This document shows, in pieces, positions 1-11,734 of a stretch of DNA of 64,000 bases. A program made the position numbers and the translations under genes. The stretch comes from Phoronis australis (taxonomy: Eukaryota; Animalia; Phoronida), in the NCBI GenBank assembly GCA_002633005.1, contig NMRA01000003.1, forward strand, positions 386,129-450,128, written 5' to 3'. The first letter of the stretch is position 1. Each line of letters opens with the position of its first letter. The notes under the pieces are model-generated. The model saw only the letters and a program-made list of their open reading frames with translations. It ran no database searches and was not told the origin of the DNA.

Positions 1-1439
1 GGCTCGGTCAACGAATCGCAAATATCCGTGTCACGAACGGTGAACCGAATTTTTGCCGACGTCAGACAGGCAATACAAATGAATACAATTCGGTCTAAGA
101 CTCTAACTTGAGAATGGCTGGTTTTCATCTGGAAGAATGAGTTTGTGACAATCCTGAAAAGTATGGAAATTCCATAGTTACAAGCGTTTGAAAGTTCAGT
201 TGATATCTTTTTAGAAATATTCGTTGTCATCAACAGGCCTAACACACCGTCCAAGTAGATGGAAAACACACGTGCATAGTTTTGTTTACCCTACCTAATT
301 TGAATTTATAAGGGAGGACTCGCATATTGTGCAGTTTTTACAAGAGTTCTGGCAGTGCAGAAGTTCATTATGTTGTACCAGCTTCAGAACATCGAATTCA
401 GACTATGTATAAGAATGCCGTGCGACATTACACTTACAGACTGAGGGAAAACGTAGACTCTGCTATCAAGACATAAAAATGTGACTCACAGACTTAACAA
501 AGACACTTCACTTGCGCTGTCTACTTCATAGCGGCATAGGAAAATTTTACTTCTGTGTTAGACTTTTTGTACCGGTACTCAGTTGATATTGACATGATCA
601 TCACAATTATTGAGTAGCCTAAAACATTTCTCCATACTGTATCAAACACGTCTACAGACTTCCATTTCAAAGTCATTGACTAAGCAAAATGGGTTATGAC
701 AAGTGTGATATGTTTGGAAATAAGTCCAACTTTTAAAAATAAAAAGTTGAATAAACATAGTTATTTGTTCGCACTACTGCGTATTACTATTAAAAAGCAT
801 AGGTAAAAATAAGGTGCACAAAAAATTGCACACTAGCTTGGGGAGAACGTTGACCACCGCGCGGTTCCGGCACATTGCGGTTCTTACACGTGCGACCTGT
901 TTAGATTTTCAGATGTGGAGAACACTGAGCAGGTATACAAACTTTCCAGGAAATGTTTCAAAACAATGGGCGGCCTACAGGCAATTTACGAACAAATAAA
1001 TAATAAGATATCTATCATATAACAGTCGTCTACAGTCAGTATGACTTAATTTATGTCATTCTAACCATACAGACACTATGTGGATGAGTATTTACGATTT
1101 GCTGACATATTGCATGTAACTAAAGAAAGCAACTGACGTGAACTTACTCAAATAGAACACCACAGTGATTGGCCAGCCGTCTCCAAAGAAAACTGGTTCC
1201 TAGCACTGGGGCTTCAAGCGACGCGACTTAATATGGAAAAGTAGTTCACCTGAGCAGCAGTAGGCAGATGTACACCACCTGTTCCAATAAGTAGGCAGAG
1301 AAGGACAGGATGTAGAGAGCACAGGTCTACTCCACAGCTTGGACCATTGACCAAGCATAGACTTCATGGCAGAGTCCAGTGCTTCCAAAAAGCACATGGC
1401 TGGTACAAAATGGGAAACCTTACGCTAACCAAACCTCAC

Positions 1440-1587
1440 CGTCAAGAGGCACTCCATTGTACTGCTTCATGGCCTTCACGGCGTCTGTTCTTCTATCATA
1501 CACGACATCAGCTGTTCCCTGAGATCGCCCAGATTTGTCGTAATGTACGGTTGCTCTTTTAAGATTTCCAAACTCTGCGAACAATTC
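1440..1587 (-). CDS. ALYREF: ALYREF coding exon 3 (RRM core); the gene probably continues left of the window
   Basis: Not in the ORF track; translated by hand. tttcAG acceptor, [49 protein letters not shown]+G, GTGAG donor. 148 nt, in frame with exon 2. Confidence 0.95.
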
Positions 1588-1781
1588 CTGAAATTAAGGA
1601 AGAGTATTACAAACAGTAGAGAATAAAATTGAAATCACATCTTGTATTTTTGTAAGGGCAGGCCCAGACAGAGAATTACTGTGAACGGGTGGCTGGCTCA
1701 AGTGAATATTAACCTAGCTCCCACCTCATGTCAAGGCGTGGACAACTGAATGAAATGGCCGCTACTTCATTCAATTGTGAT

Positions 1782-4659
1782 CAGGGCTCGACGTTATTAA
1801 AATCGCCAGGTCGCATTTTGCGACCAAGCCAAAATCCCAAGTCGCATTTCCAAAATGCAGCTCGCATTCATAAATGCCAGGTCGCAAAATTTTCCCGCCA
1901 TTTTTACGCGCCAAAATTTATTTTTTTTAGATCATTGAGAAAATGTTTTGATTAAGCAGGTACCTACAGCGTTAAATACTCACAAATTTCACATTGTACA
2001 TACAGGTACAGCGTTATTGTTCTTCACGACTGCCATTGAAAGGCTCCAGAGCGCAAGGCAAGTTGCCGACGTGAAAGTTGAATCAGTGCTCTCTAACTGA
2101 CACATGCATTCAAATAGCTAAGTTTGCGATGTGAAAAGGGAGTAAATGCCCATTGAAAAAGTATCCGGGTTTTTGCTAGGTCTGACCTGCTGCTGGCTGT
2201 CACCAAAGTCTTTAAAGATTCACACTAACTCGGAGTGCAAATTCCCTCCGCTTTTTGTTCGCAATCCAAATTTTGCATCTTAACTCGAGGTTTGAAAAAC
2301 ATCTGTCGAAAAAATACGTGAAACGATGCCCTAACCGAATAACCTATCAGGATGCGCGGGAACACTTTAGGGCAAATTTCACAACAAAAATGTGGTACTT
2401 ATGCTGTTTACGTACTCAACAATTAGTTTTCCATGAAATGAATAGCCTCGAAATAAGTCCCGACTCCCTCCGTTCGGGTTTTCATCGGGTAATGGCGTGT
2501 TTGCTCCTCAACACCCTCCAAGTACGGGAAAAATAGGTCAGTAGCCAAAACGACACTCATGTCACTAGTTTTAACATTCTTTCGGAGGTATGAAACAAAG
2601 CCTTTATTTGGATTTTACATGTTGAGAAATGACGTTTTTTGAAAACTGAATTTGTTTTAAAATGAGAGTGACACACCATATAGGCTGCGTGTCAATTTTC
2701 TACCACGCGCGGTCGTTTGTTGTGCGCTATGATGGGCGCAAGCCTGAACTGTGGGCGCTTATTTGGAAATTCTCAAAAGTTGAGGGAGAACGCTTAGTAG
2801 ATCAGTGAGCGCTTATTATGAAGCACTTCAAAGGTAGGGAGTAGGCTTGTGCGTGAGCATAGTCGTTAGACTGAGTGTTTGCAGTAATAAGGTATTGGAA
2901 GACTGCAATGGTAAGAAATGTTATTACAATATGATTTTGCCAGGCAAACTCCATCTAGTAGGGGTGGCTTTCTGGATATCGTTACCACCTACACTGTACC
3001 CTTTTTAGCCACCAGGAATAATCTTTTTTTAATTGCCCGCTTCAGCCGGAACTAGATTGTTTCTATTTGAGTCTGAACATTTTACGGCGACGGTGGTCCG
3101 GGGAGCGAAAAGTTGCTGGAGGAGGGGGGTGTATGAAGAGAAGAATAAAAAGTCCGCTAACCACAATTTTGCATCTAGTACCCGTTTAGTTGCAATAGCT
3201 GGCTACAGGCAAAGAATATGGGGTTTAGGGAACATCGACCTCGGGAAACATCGGTACAGGAAAACATCAATTTTGGGTTACTATATCGGTTCCGTAACGC
3301 ATCTGGGGTTTTATAACTGCCGGGAATCTTTGAGTTTATTTTCAAATAAACCTCTGGCGCCTGGGTGATTATCAGAGTTAAGCCGGTATACTCTTTCATT
3401 TAGGGCTCTGTCGCTGTTCTCTTTTGATGTACAGCTCTGAAGTGGTGAGCACGCGGGAGTTCACGCACTTAAATCGAGTAGGCCTACACTTTACGTTAGC
3501 AACAACGTGTGAAAGACAAATGCAATCCCGTCATTATTGCCAACACGAAAAACGGATTTGGTCTTTTTGGCATTTGAAGACTATTTTAAATACGACAAAT
3601 TTGTTAAGAATCGATGGCACAAAATATAAAACATGTAATAAGCATTACAAAAAGAAGTAGGTTTTGCGTGCAAACGCTGTGGACCATAAACAAGTAGGTC
3701 TCTTAGTATGAGATTAGTAGTTAAATCGTGGTGGTGTAGTGGCAACGCAAGCGCGCACTAATCGCCAGGTCGTGAGTTCGAGTCTTTACTACTTGCAGTT
3801 TTTCCTGTTTGACACGTTCTCCTTTTTTTGCCTTTTTTCGTGAATAATACTTCAGGAATCAAGGAAAATGCTTGATTTTTAGAGGTAAAAACAGAAAAAT
3901 TTCCCGGGCGGGAAGGGGGCGAACCCCCCTCCCGACCTCCCCCCATTCGGTGCTATGCGCGTCTACAATCGTGGTTCAGTTTACGCAAATTCTTACACCC
4001 GGACAAAATGTTGAGCCCCCCCTTGTGATATCCTAGATCCGCCACTGGGCGGTCTTATGCGATAAAGTGAAGATTGTCTGCCGGGACCGCGTGCGGGCTA
4101 ACAACGGGATCAACCAGTGCGGCCGCAGTGTAATATCAGGGATAATGTCGTGAATATTAAGTAGATGTAATAAGGACATCTTACGCGAAAAATAAACATA
4201 TTTGTCCACCACATAGTTTGGTAAGCTGACCGTTTAAGATTTAGTAGAAACACCGCTGTTTTGTGACGTTTTATCATGTGTTATGCAGTGACCCGAAACT
4301 TTTTTCCGCGAATCCGGAAATTTCCAAAAGTGGCCGAAAATGTTAGCCAATGAAACGTGTCATAGATCGATTCCGCATATCCCATGTTCACGCGACTTGC
4401 TAACAAGTCATCGGGAGGGCTGTTCTCGGTTAGTATTCATTTGAACTTGGATTTGGCAACAACCAAATAACCGGGTCGGATTAACAAGACTTGCTTTATA
4501 TTTGCCAGGTATCTGCCAAGAAGTGTAAAAACTCAGCTCGCATTCATTGGAAATTCCAGGTCGCACTTTGCGACTTGATACAAGCTGACAAAAATCTGAG
4601 CTCGCATTTCCAAATTTCAGGTCGCAAATGCGACCTACAGCTCGTTATGTCGAGCCCTG
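1782..4659 (+). mobile_element. Non-autonomous hAT-like DNA transposon, family A copy 1 (5-bp TSD)
   Basis: TIRs CAGGGCTCGAC...GTCGAGCCCTG, clustered subterminal GGTCGCA/GCTCGCATT repeats, flanked by GTGAT on both sides; no transposase ORF; homologous to 22925-24991. Confidence 0.9.
3522..4047 (-). mobile_element. Truncated family B MITE nested in family A copy 1
   Basis: Reverse complement of 12278-12781 including the CAGTGGCGGATCTAGG terminus; absent from family A copy 2. Confidence 0.85.
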
Positions 4660-4727
4660 GTGATTGTATTTTCACACTTTGATGTGAGCTGTCAGTTCAG
4701 CTAACTTTCCCTTGAGGCAGCCACCTG

Positions 4728-7186
4728 AATTTGTAGCTCTCCTAAGTGCTAGCCCTATTTGGTACAGTCAGCAATAGTGTCACAAGACTTGACACTTAGC
4801 ACAATGTCAATTTGTAGCTCTCCGTAAGTGCTAGCCCTATTTGGTACAGTCAGCAATAGTGTCACAAGACTTGACACTTAGCACAATGTCAATTTGTAGC
4901 TCTCCGTAAGTGCTAGCCCTATTTGGTACCGTCAGCAATAGTGTCACAAGACTTGACACTTAGCACAATGTCAATTTGTAGCTCTCCGTAAGTGCTAGCC
5001 CTATTTGGTACCGTCAGCAATAGTGTCACAAGACTTGACACTTAGCACAATGTCAATTTGTAGCTCTCCGTAAGTGCTAGCCCTATTTGGTACCGTCAGC
5101 AATAGTGTCACAAGACTTGACACTTAGCACAATGTCAATTTGTAGCTCTCCGTAAGTGCTAGCCCTATTTGGTACCGTCAGCAATAGTGTCACAAGACTT
5201 GACACTTAGCACAATGTCAATTTGTAGCTCTCCGTAAGTGCTAGCCCTATTTGGTACCGTCAGCAATAGTGTCACAAGACTTGACACTTAGCACAATGTC
5301 AATTTGTAGCTCTCCGTAAGTGCTAGCCCTATTTGGTACCGTCAGCAATAGCGTCACAAGACTTGACACTTAGCACAATGTCAATTTGTAGCTCTCCGTA
5401 AGTGCTAGCCCTATTTGGTACCGTCAGCAATAGCGTCACAAGACTTGACACTTAGCACAATGTCAATTTGTAGCTCTCCGTAAGTGCTAGCCCTATTTGG
5501 TACCGTCAGCAATAGCGTCACAAGACTTGACACTTAGCACAATGTCAATTTGTAGCTCTCCGTAAGTGCTAGCCCTATTTGGTACCGTCAGCAATAGCGT
5601 CACAAGACTTGACACTTAGCACAATGTCAATTTGTAGCTCTCCGTAAGTGCTAGCCCTATTTGGTACCGTCAGCAATAGTGTCACAAGACTTGACACTTA
5701 GCACAATGTCAATTTGTAGCTCTCCGTAAGTGCTAGCCCTATTTGGTACCGTCAGCAATAGCGTCACAAGACTTGACACTTAGCACAATGTCAATTTGTA
5801 GCTCTCCGTAAGTGCTAGCCCTATTTGGTACCGTCAGCAATAGCGTCACAAGACTTGACACTTAGCACAATGTCAATTTGTAGCTCTCCGTAAGTGCTAG
5901 CCCTATTTGGTACCGTCAGCAATAGCGTCACAAGACTTGACACTTAGCACAATGTCAATTTGTAGCTCTCCGTAAGTGCTAGCCCTATTTGGTACCGTCA
6001 GCAATAGCGTCACAAGACTTGACACTTAGCACAATGTCAATTTGTAGCTCTCCGTAAGTGCTAGCCCTATTTGGTACCGTCAGCAATAGCGTCACAAGAC
6101 TTGACACTTAGCACAATGTCAATTTGTAGCTCTCCGTAAGTGCTAGCCCTATTTGGTACCGTCAGCAATAGCGTCACAAGACTTGACACTTAGCACAATG
6201 TCAATTTGTAGCTCTCCGTAAGTGCTAGCCCTATTTGGTACCGTCAGCAATAGCGTCACAAGACTTGACACTTAGCACAATGTCAATTTGTAGCTCTCCG
6301 TAAGTGCTAGCCCTATTTGGTACCGTCAGCAATAGCGTCACAAGACTTGACACTTAGCACAATGTCAATTTGTAGCTCTCCGTAAGTGCTAGCCCTATTT
6401 GGTACCGTCAGCAATAGCGTCACAAGACTTGACACTTAGCACAATGTCAATTTGTAGCTCTCCGTAAGTGCTAGCCCTATTTGGTACCGTCAGCAATAGC
6501 GTCACAAGACTTGACACTTAGCACAATGTCAATTTGTAGCTCTCCGTAAGTGCTAGCCCTATTTGGTACCGTCAGCAATAGCGTCACAAGACTTGACACT
6601 TAGCACAATGTCAATTTGTAGCTCTCCGTAAGTGCTAGCCCTATTTGGTACCGTCAGCAATAGCGTCACAAGACTTGACACTTAGCACAATGTCAATTTG
6701 TAGCTCTCCGTAAGTGCTAGCCCTATTTGGTACCGTCAGCAATAGCGTCACAAGACTTGACACTTAGCACAATGTCAATTTGTAGCTCTCCGTAAGTGCT
6801 AGCCCTATTTGGTACCGTCAGCAATAGCGTCACAAGACTTGACACTTAGCACAATGTCAATTTGTAGCTCTCCGTAAGTGCTAGCCCTATTTGGTACCGT
6901 CAGCAATAGCGTCACAAGACTTGACACTTAGCACAATGTCAATTTGTAGCTCTCCGTAAGTGCTAGCCCTATTTGGTACCGTCAGCAATAGCGTCACAAG
7001 ACTTGACACTTAGCACAATGTCAATTTGTAGCTCTCCGTAAGTGCTAGCCCTATTTGGTACCGTCAGCAATAGCGTCACAAGACTTGACACTTAGCACAA
7101 TGTCAATTTGTAGCTCTCCGTAAGTGCTAGCCCTATTTGGTACCGTCAGCAATAGCGTCACAAGACTTGACACTTAGCACAATGTC
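4728..7186. repeat. Tandem satellite, 30 x 82 bp, in ALYREF intron 2
   Basis: Unit AATTTGTAGCTCTCCGTAAGTGCTAGCCCTATTTGGTACCGTCAGCAATAGYGTCACAAGACTTGACACTTAGCACAATGTC. Length 2459 = 81 + 29x82. Units are near-identical with no spacers. Confidence 0.98.
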
Positions 7187-8368
7187 AATTCATCAAATGT
7201 GACCAGGCAAAAATACCAGGTGGCCAAATTATGAGCAACGAGTCCGTCAAAACGAGCAAAGACCCTGGCTTTCATGGAATTTGAGTTCTTTTGTGCGATT
7301 GGGAGATTTTGGAAGAAATTTACTTATTGTGGTAGCAAATACTACAGATCTAATATTTTAGTAGTTAATTATCAAAAATTAAGAAGATAATCTATCAAAT
7401 TTGACAGACAACCATTGGCAGACATGTTCAAGTAGCAAGGATTAATGCTGGATACCAAAACTGAGTCCAAATTTTAAAAAATCCTGACCGAGCACGCTAT
7501 GTTCCTGCAAACACTGGTGATCCGCCAGTGTGGTCACGTAGTAGTGTATCAAATAGTGTAAATACAGTGAAGAGGAAACAAAAGTGACATTGACTAAATA
7601 TTATCTGTCGTATCAGCAACTGAGCTAATGTCTGTGTCCTGTCTGGAACATCTTTCGGTTTGTAAAACAATCCTTAACAGTCTTTTAGGCCTTTCCATGG
7701 CAAACAACACAACTGAATATGTTGAATGTACATTTCAATCAATAAAGGAAGTCAAAGACTACACTGGCTGTCAAAAATGCTAGAGTTACTCGCTCCCGAA
7801 AACCTAAATATTGCACACTGTTGCTACAAAAGCAGAGATGAGAAGGGCGGTAGGCGTCACAAATAGAATGCAGTCAACGAAATTCCTTATGAGGCAGTGA
7901 GATGAGCTCAATTTCGATTTGCCGATAACAATTAGAAATGCACCAAAAGTAACAAATAGTATTCGTCCAAGTCAGAAATGCTCAAGCAATAACCAAAAAG
8001 CTGAAGCAAAACGATAAAATTGTCGACTGGGGGCGCACCAATAATCAAATTCAACAAAAAATCAATAAAGTATTGTCTAATCTTTGAATGGAACATATCT
8101 GATAAGTTCACCAAGATCCATCACAAATTTAAGGAACATGCATAAAAATAACAATAGGCAAAAGGCGACATAGCAGTACGTAGTCGTCTCATAATCTTTA
8201 TGTCATCATCCTTTCAAAGACAGGTACACCATTAGGAGAGCGATTTAACACCCATTTGGTCGGAGGCCACAGCACTACACTGTCTACACATACATGCTAG
8301 AGTCAACAGCACTACACAAAAACACGTACGCACGCACGCACACACAAAGATGAGACATGATATATTAC

Positions 8369-8521
8369 CTTGATGTCTGATTCGCTGACTCCAAAGTCCA
8401 GGTTGGAAATATGAAGCTTACATTCTGAGGAGCCTCCGCCGCCGCCTCTTCCACCACCCATTCGCCTGGAGGGACCTTCATCATACATATCATGCTGCCA
8501 CACATCTGGGAGATTTCTAGC
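8369..8521 (-). CDS. ALYREF: ALYREF coding exon 2 (WxHD motif and start of the RRM)
   Basis: ttttacAG acceptor; 51 codons ARNLPDVWQHDMYDEG...KLHISNLDFGVSESDIK, matching ALYREF LPDKWQHD and KLLVSNLDFGVSDADI; GTAATA donor; phases 0/0. Confidence 0.96.
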
Positions 8522-10344
8522 CTGTAAAATGCACAACAAACAAGAGGTTATCAAAGAGTAGTCTCGGGTCATTTTGCATGAACAGTTGAATCTTCTAACA
8601 GTTTTACAAGAGCACGTGTACCTCGTACTTAGCAACAGTCACAGTCCCTGCTATTCAAAACCAGTTTCATACACTGAATGAGCATTTTAGCACGGCTGTC
8701 ACGAATCTTCTAATAATTACCTAGTACACTATATTTGAAATACAATAGTACGCCACTTTCAACCAGAATTCCAAGTGCCCAATTTCAGCTGTTTACCCAC
8801 TTTCAGCTGTTCATATCAAACACAAATTTCCAAGAAACATGGGTCCAACAACCAGGAAAGGTGATGTTCATAGACTTGATAGTACAAAAAGCATGCTGCT
8901 CTAGCAAGTTAACCTCAAATTGACAATGAAATGCCAAAAACTCCCCTATCCTGCCATCACATACATCACGCCATGTATGCAATACAGCTCATGGACTTCT
9001 TCAGATGGATGACAGCAATTTCAGATTCGTCACAAAGGCTACAAACTGTTCTACTCAAGTGGGCAAAATGTGAGAAAACCAAAGTCAGTCAGTCTAGTAT
9101 GTACCTGAATCTTGCAAGTTTTCCACATGAACATATTATTTAAGAACACGGGGTTTGTTTACAAAGTATTCACAATATTTCTTCTCGCGATGAGCATGAA
9201 GTCGTACAAGTTACGACCTTCCGAGATGAATCCGCTATAACAGTGCTGTTCGACGTTCATACCCGTTATGTGATGGTGAGAGGATAGTTCTTAGCGTATC
9301 ATTGAGACTGCGAAGGGAATTGGCTTTTAAACAAGCTTAAGTGTTACAAAGAGAAAAAAATTCACTTCCACAACACCCCCCATTACAACGCCTGAAATAG
9401 TGATTCTAACTTTGAGGTGTATTTCTTAATCACTGCATCTTTAGGTCTGATGAGGAATATTTTGAGCGATTTTTAAATATTCTTCAGAGAATAGGGTCAA
9501 AATCCAGCTCCAGAATCAAGGCAATGAAGGCCAAGCTACTAGACCAGCAGAGGTCGCCAGGTCATGCTACTAAAATTTAAGCTATTGAAAGTAAGGCTTC
9601 ACAATGATAGTTCCATATAAAAACGTGTAATTAAGCTGACAAGAGGAAATTCAATAAGCACCTTTAAACAAAGCTGAGACTAGGTGTTCATCAAAAAAGC
9701 CGAAAACAAGAAAAAGGTTTTTGAGGTCCCTGAGGGTCTTCCCCCATGAAATTTCAAAAAATAAAGCTTACAAACCACTTTTCCTGCACTCTGATTTTCA
9801 GTAGATAAAAAATTACCCGTTATCTTTTTATGTTTACATAGAAATGTGTATAAAATCAATAGGAGTGTTGTTTGAATTCAAAATAAAACCAAGAATCCTC
9901 TTGATCAGTAGTAGTAATTGCATCATCACAAGCAATACAAAGCTTTCCTGTGACGATGAGTTTCTCAATCAACCACCAATGGTAACAGACAAAGTTCATG
10001 CTTGCCATCTACTTAACTTATTATAACTTTACAATCCAACCAATCCCACAAAATTTTATTCAAAATCTACAGTTTCTATTATCATTAAGATCTGTGCATT
10101 AGCCAATGTCAGCCAACATCTACAGAGGTCAATCTACGAAGGCGGAAATCTCAACCACGATCCAGCAACTGAATGCCAATCCGTAGCAAAAACAAATGAC
10201 ACACTTAGGTCTCACCATGACGAAAATATAGGTTTTGATCTACAGAGAAGACCCAGAACGTACACTGGTACTCCCACATACGGTGTTTCCTTGTTTCGGT
10301 GACCTCATTTCCTATTAATTTTGTCAAGTTTCATTTGGCGAGTT

Positions 10345-10736
10345 GACATTATATGTTAAGCGCTCTTTCTGTAGTGAGATGTCACTTGACCTGTCTCACT
10401 GCTGCACTGGCCTTCTGCCGTGCACGCCCTCTGTCGGCATCGAGAGACGACTGATGTTCGTCTTGGAGACTCTCAACATTGGGTGTCCCAGCCCATATGC
10501 CGGTGATGGCCAATGAGGGCGCTACATAAATATTCAGCGGCCTTCTGCGGCCGATACAAAAGGCTGGCACAAGGACTGGAGCGGGGCTTTACGAATACAG
10601 ACAATTGAACCCAACCGAATCACATGGGGAAACTTTTGCGCAGCGCTCAATTTGTCTGCCAGAGTAGCCAGGATTCGAACCCAAGTCTCCCAAACCCGAG
10701 TCCGGAACTCAAACCAGTCTAAGCCACACTGTCTCC
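10345..10736 (-). mobile_element. tRNA-derived SINE in ALYREF intron 1
   Basis: Minus strand GGAGACAGTGTGGCTTAGACTGG (A box) ... GGTTCGAATCC (B box), a GC-rich body of about 300 bp, and a tail GAAAGAGCGCTTAACATATAA resembling L2-type SINE tails. The 3' boundary is approximate. Confidence 0.75.
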
Positions 10737-11006
10737 TGACTTTGAGAACCAACCAATCACAGAATGTTGGTTATCTTATTCAGGGGATAAAACCAGTTTC
10801 TCGAATCAGGAACCACTTATCAGGGTTGCTGGCACTGCCACTAGTCGGATATACTATCATTATACAGTGGACACTTCTCAAAATCAGGGACTGTCAGGGT
10901 CATTGTTGCTTGAAGTTGAACTCTTAGGAACACAAACTGCTTATTGAAATGGTTTAATCCAACAAGTCTTGAAAGTGAGTCCTAGTTAATTGTTCTAAAA
11001 TCTTAC

Positions 11007-11222
11007 TCCTCGTGAAAAACCACCCGAAGGCCTGTTGGGACGTCTTTTTTGTACACCGCCCCGAGCAACACCGCGATTTCCACCACCGAAATTTCCGCCA
11101 CCGCCGCGACGACCACCTCCTCGTCCACCTCTTTGTCCGCCTCTGTTGCCTCCACGTCCACGACCTGATTTTTTGTTCGAAGCTATAATGTCATCTAGGC
11201 TCATATCAAGTTTATCAGGCAT
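11007..11222 (-). CDS. ALYREF: ALYREF/THO complex subunit 4, coding exon 1 (N-terminal UAP56-binding motif and RGG region)
   Basis: Translates MPDKLDMSLDDIIASNKKSGRGRGG...GGFSRG. LDMSLDDII is the REF-N box of the ALY/REF family. 72 codons, followed by a GTAAGA donor at 11006 (phase 0). Confidence 0.96.
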
Positions 11223-11445
11223 TTTGAATGTTTTGTAAAGACAAAATTACTACAAAGGAATTCAAGAACAACGACCGATCTCTCTCTCTAAATAAAAATG
11301 GCGGTCACGCACTCCAATGTATTATGGGTAAAATTTGTATTTTGAATATTCTATTCTCATAAACACGCACAAATGGCAGGGTTATCTCAAATGACCTGTC
11401 ATATTGTGCACCAATTCAGATTTTCCACTGCAAAATTAGATTTTA

Positions 11446-11491
<46 letters not shown>

Positions 11492-11734
11492 TATCCTCGC
11501 TGGTTCCCTGCGTGCCGCTAGGTGGGGCGGTAGCCGCGCCAGCACGCGGGGAACCAGCGAGCATATATATCTTGCTATCAAGAGGTGTTTCAGTGACACC
11601 TATTGTGTATTTTAGTCTTATTCGAGTCGGTGTTTTAAATGCAAGCGCGGAAAAGCATGGATTAACTCGAGCCCCCTCTTCAGAAAGATGGATCCTTAAT
11701 ACAGAAACGAAGTCCAACAATAAGGCAGGACATT
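11223..11734. promoter_or_regulatory. Shared bidirectional promoter and 5'UTRs of ALYREF and the RGS gene
   Basis: 512 bp between divergent ATGs. YY1-type AAAATGGCGG at 11295-11304, CCAAT at 11314 and 11411, GC box GGGGCGG at 11524-11530, locally raised CpG. Confidence 0.75.
11450..11570. repeat. (TA)n microsatellite with an embedded GC-rich palindrome
   Basis: (TA)n at 11450-11494. Arms CTCGCTGGTTCCCTGCGTGC (11496-11515) and GCACGCGGGGAACCAGCGAG (11542-11561) are 19/20 complementary. ATATATAT resumes at 11563. Confidence 0.9.

Noticed and set aside
3720-3795. Functional tRNA genes (also ~10665-10736, ~12520-12580 and 48837-48915)
   Set aside because: A and B boxes are present but the acceptor and anticodon stems do not form; they lie in repeats or SINE heads.
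1782-4659. Autonomous transposon
   Set aside because: No transposase-length ORF or recognisable catalytic or BED motifs in either family A copy.
4728-7186. CRISPR-like array
   Set aside because: The units abut with no unique spacers, there are no cas genes, and the context is a spliceosomal intron.
7970-8210. C/D box snoRNA on the minus strand (ATGATGA near 8205; a similar box near 9925)
   Set aside because: No D box at a suitable distance with a terminal stem, and no recognisable rRNA guide.
11035-11238. Proline-rich plus-strand ORF
   Set aside because: It is the antisense shadow of the Gly/Arg-rich ALYREF exon 1.
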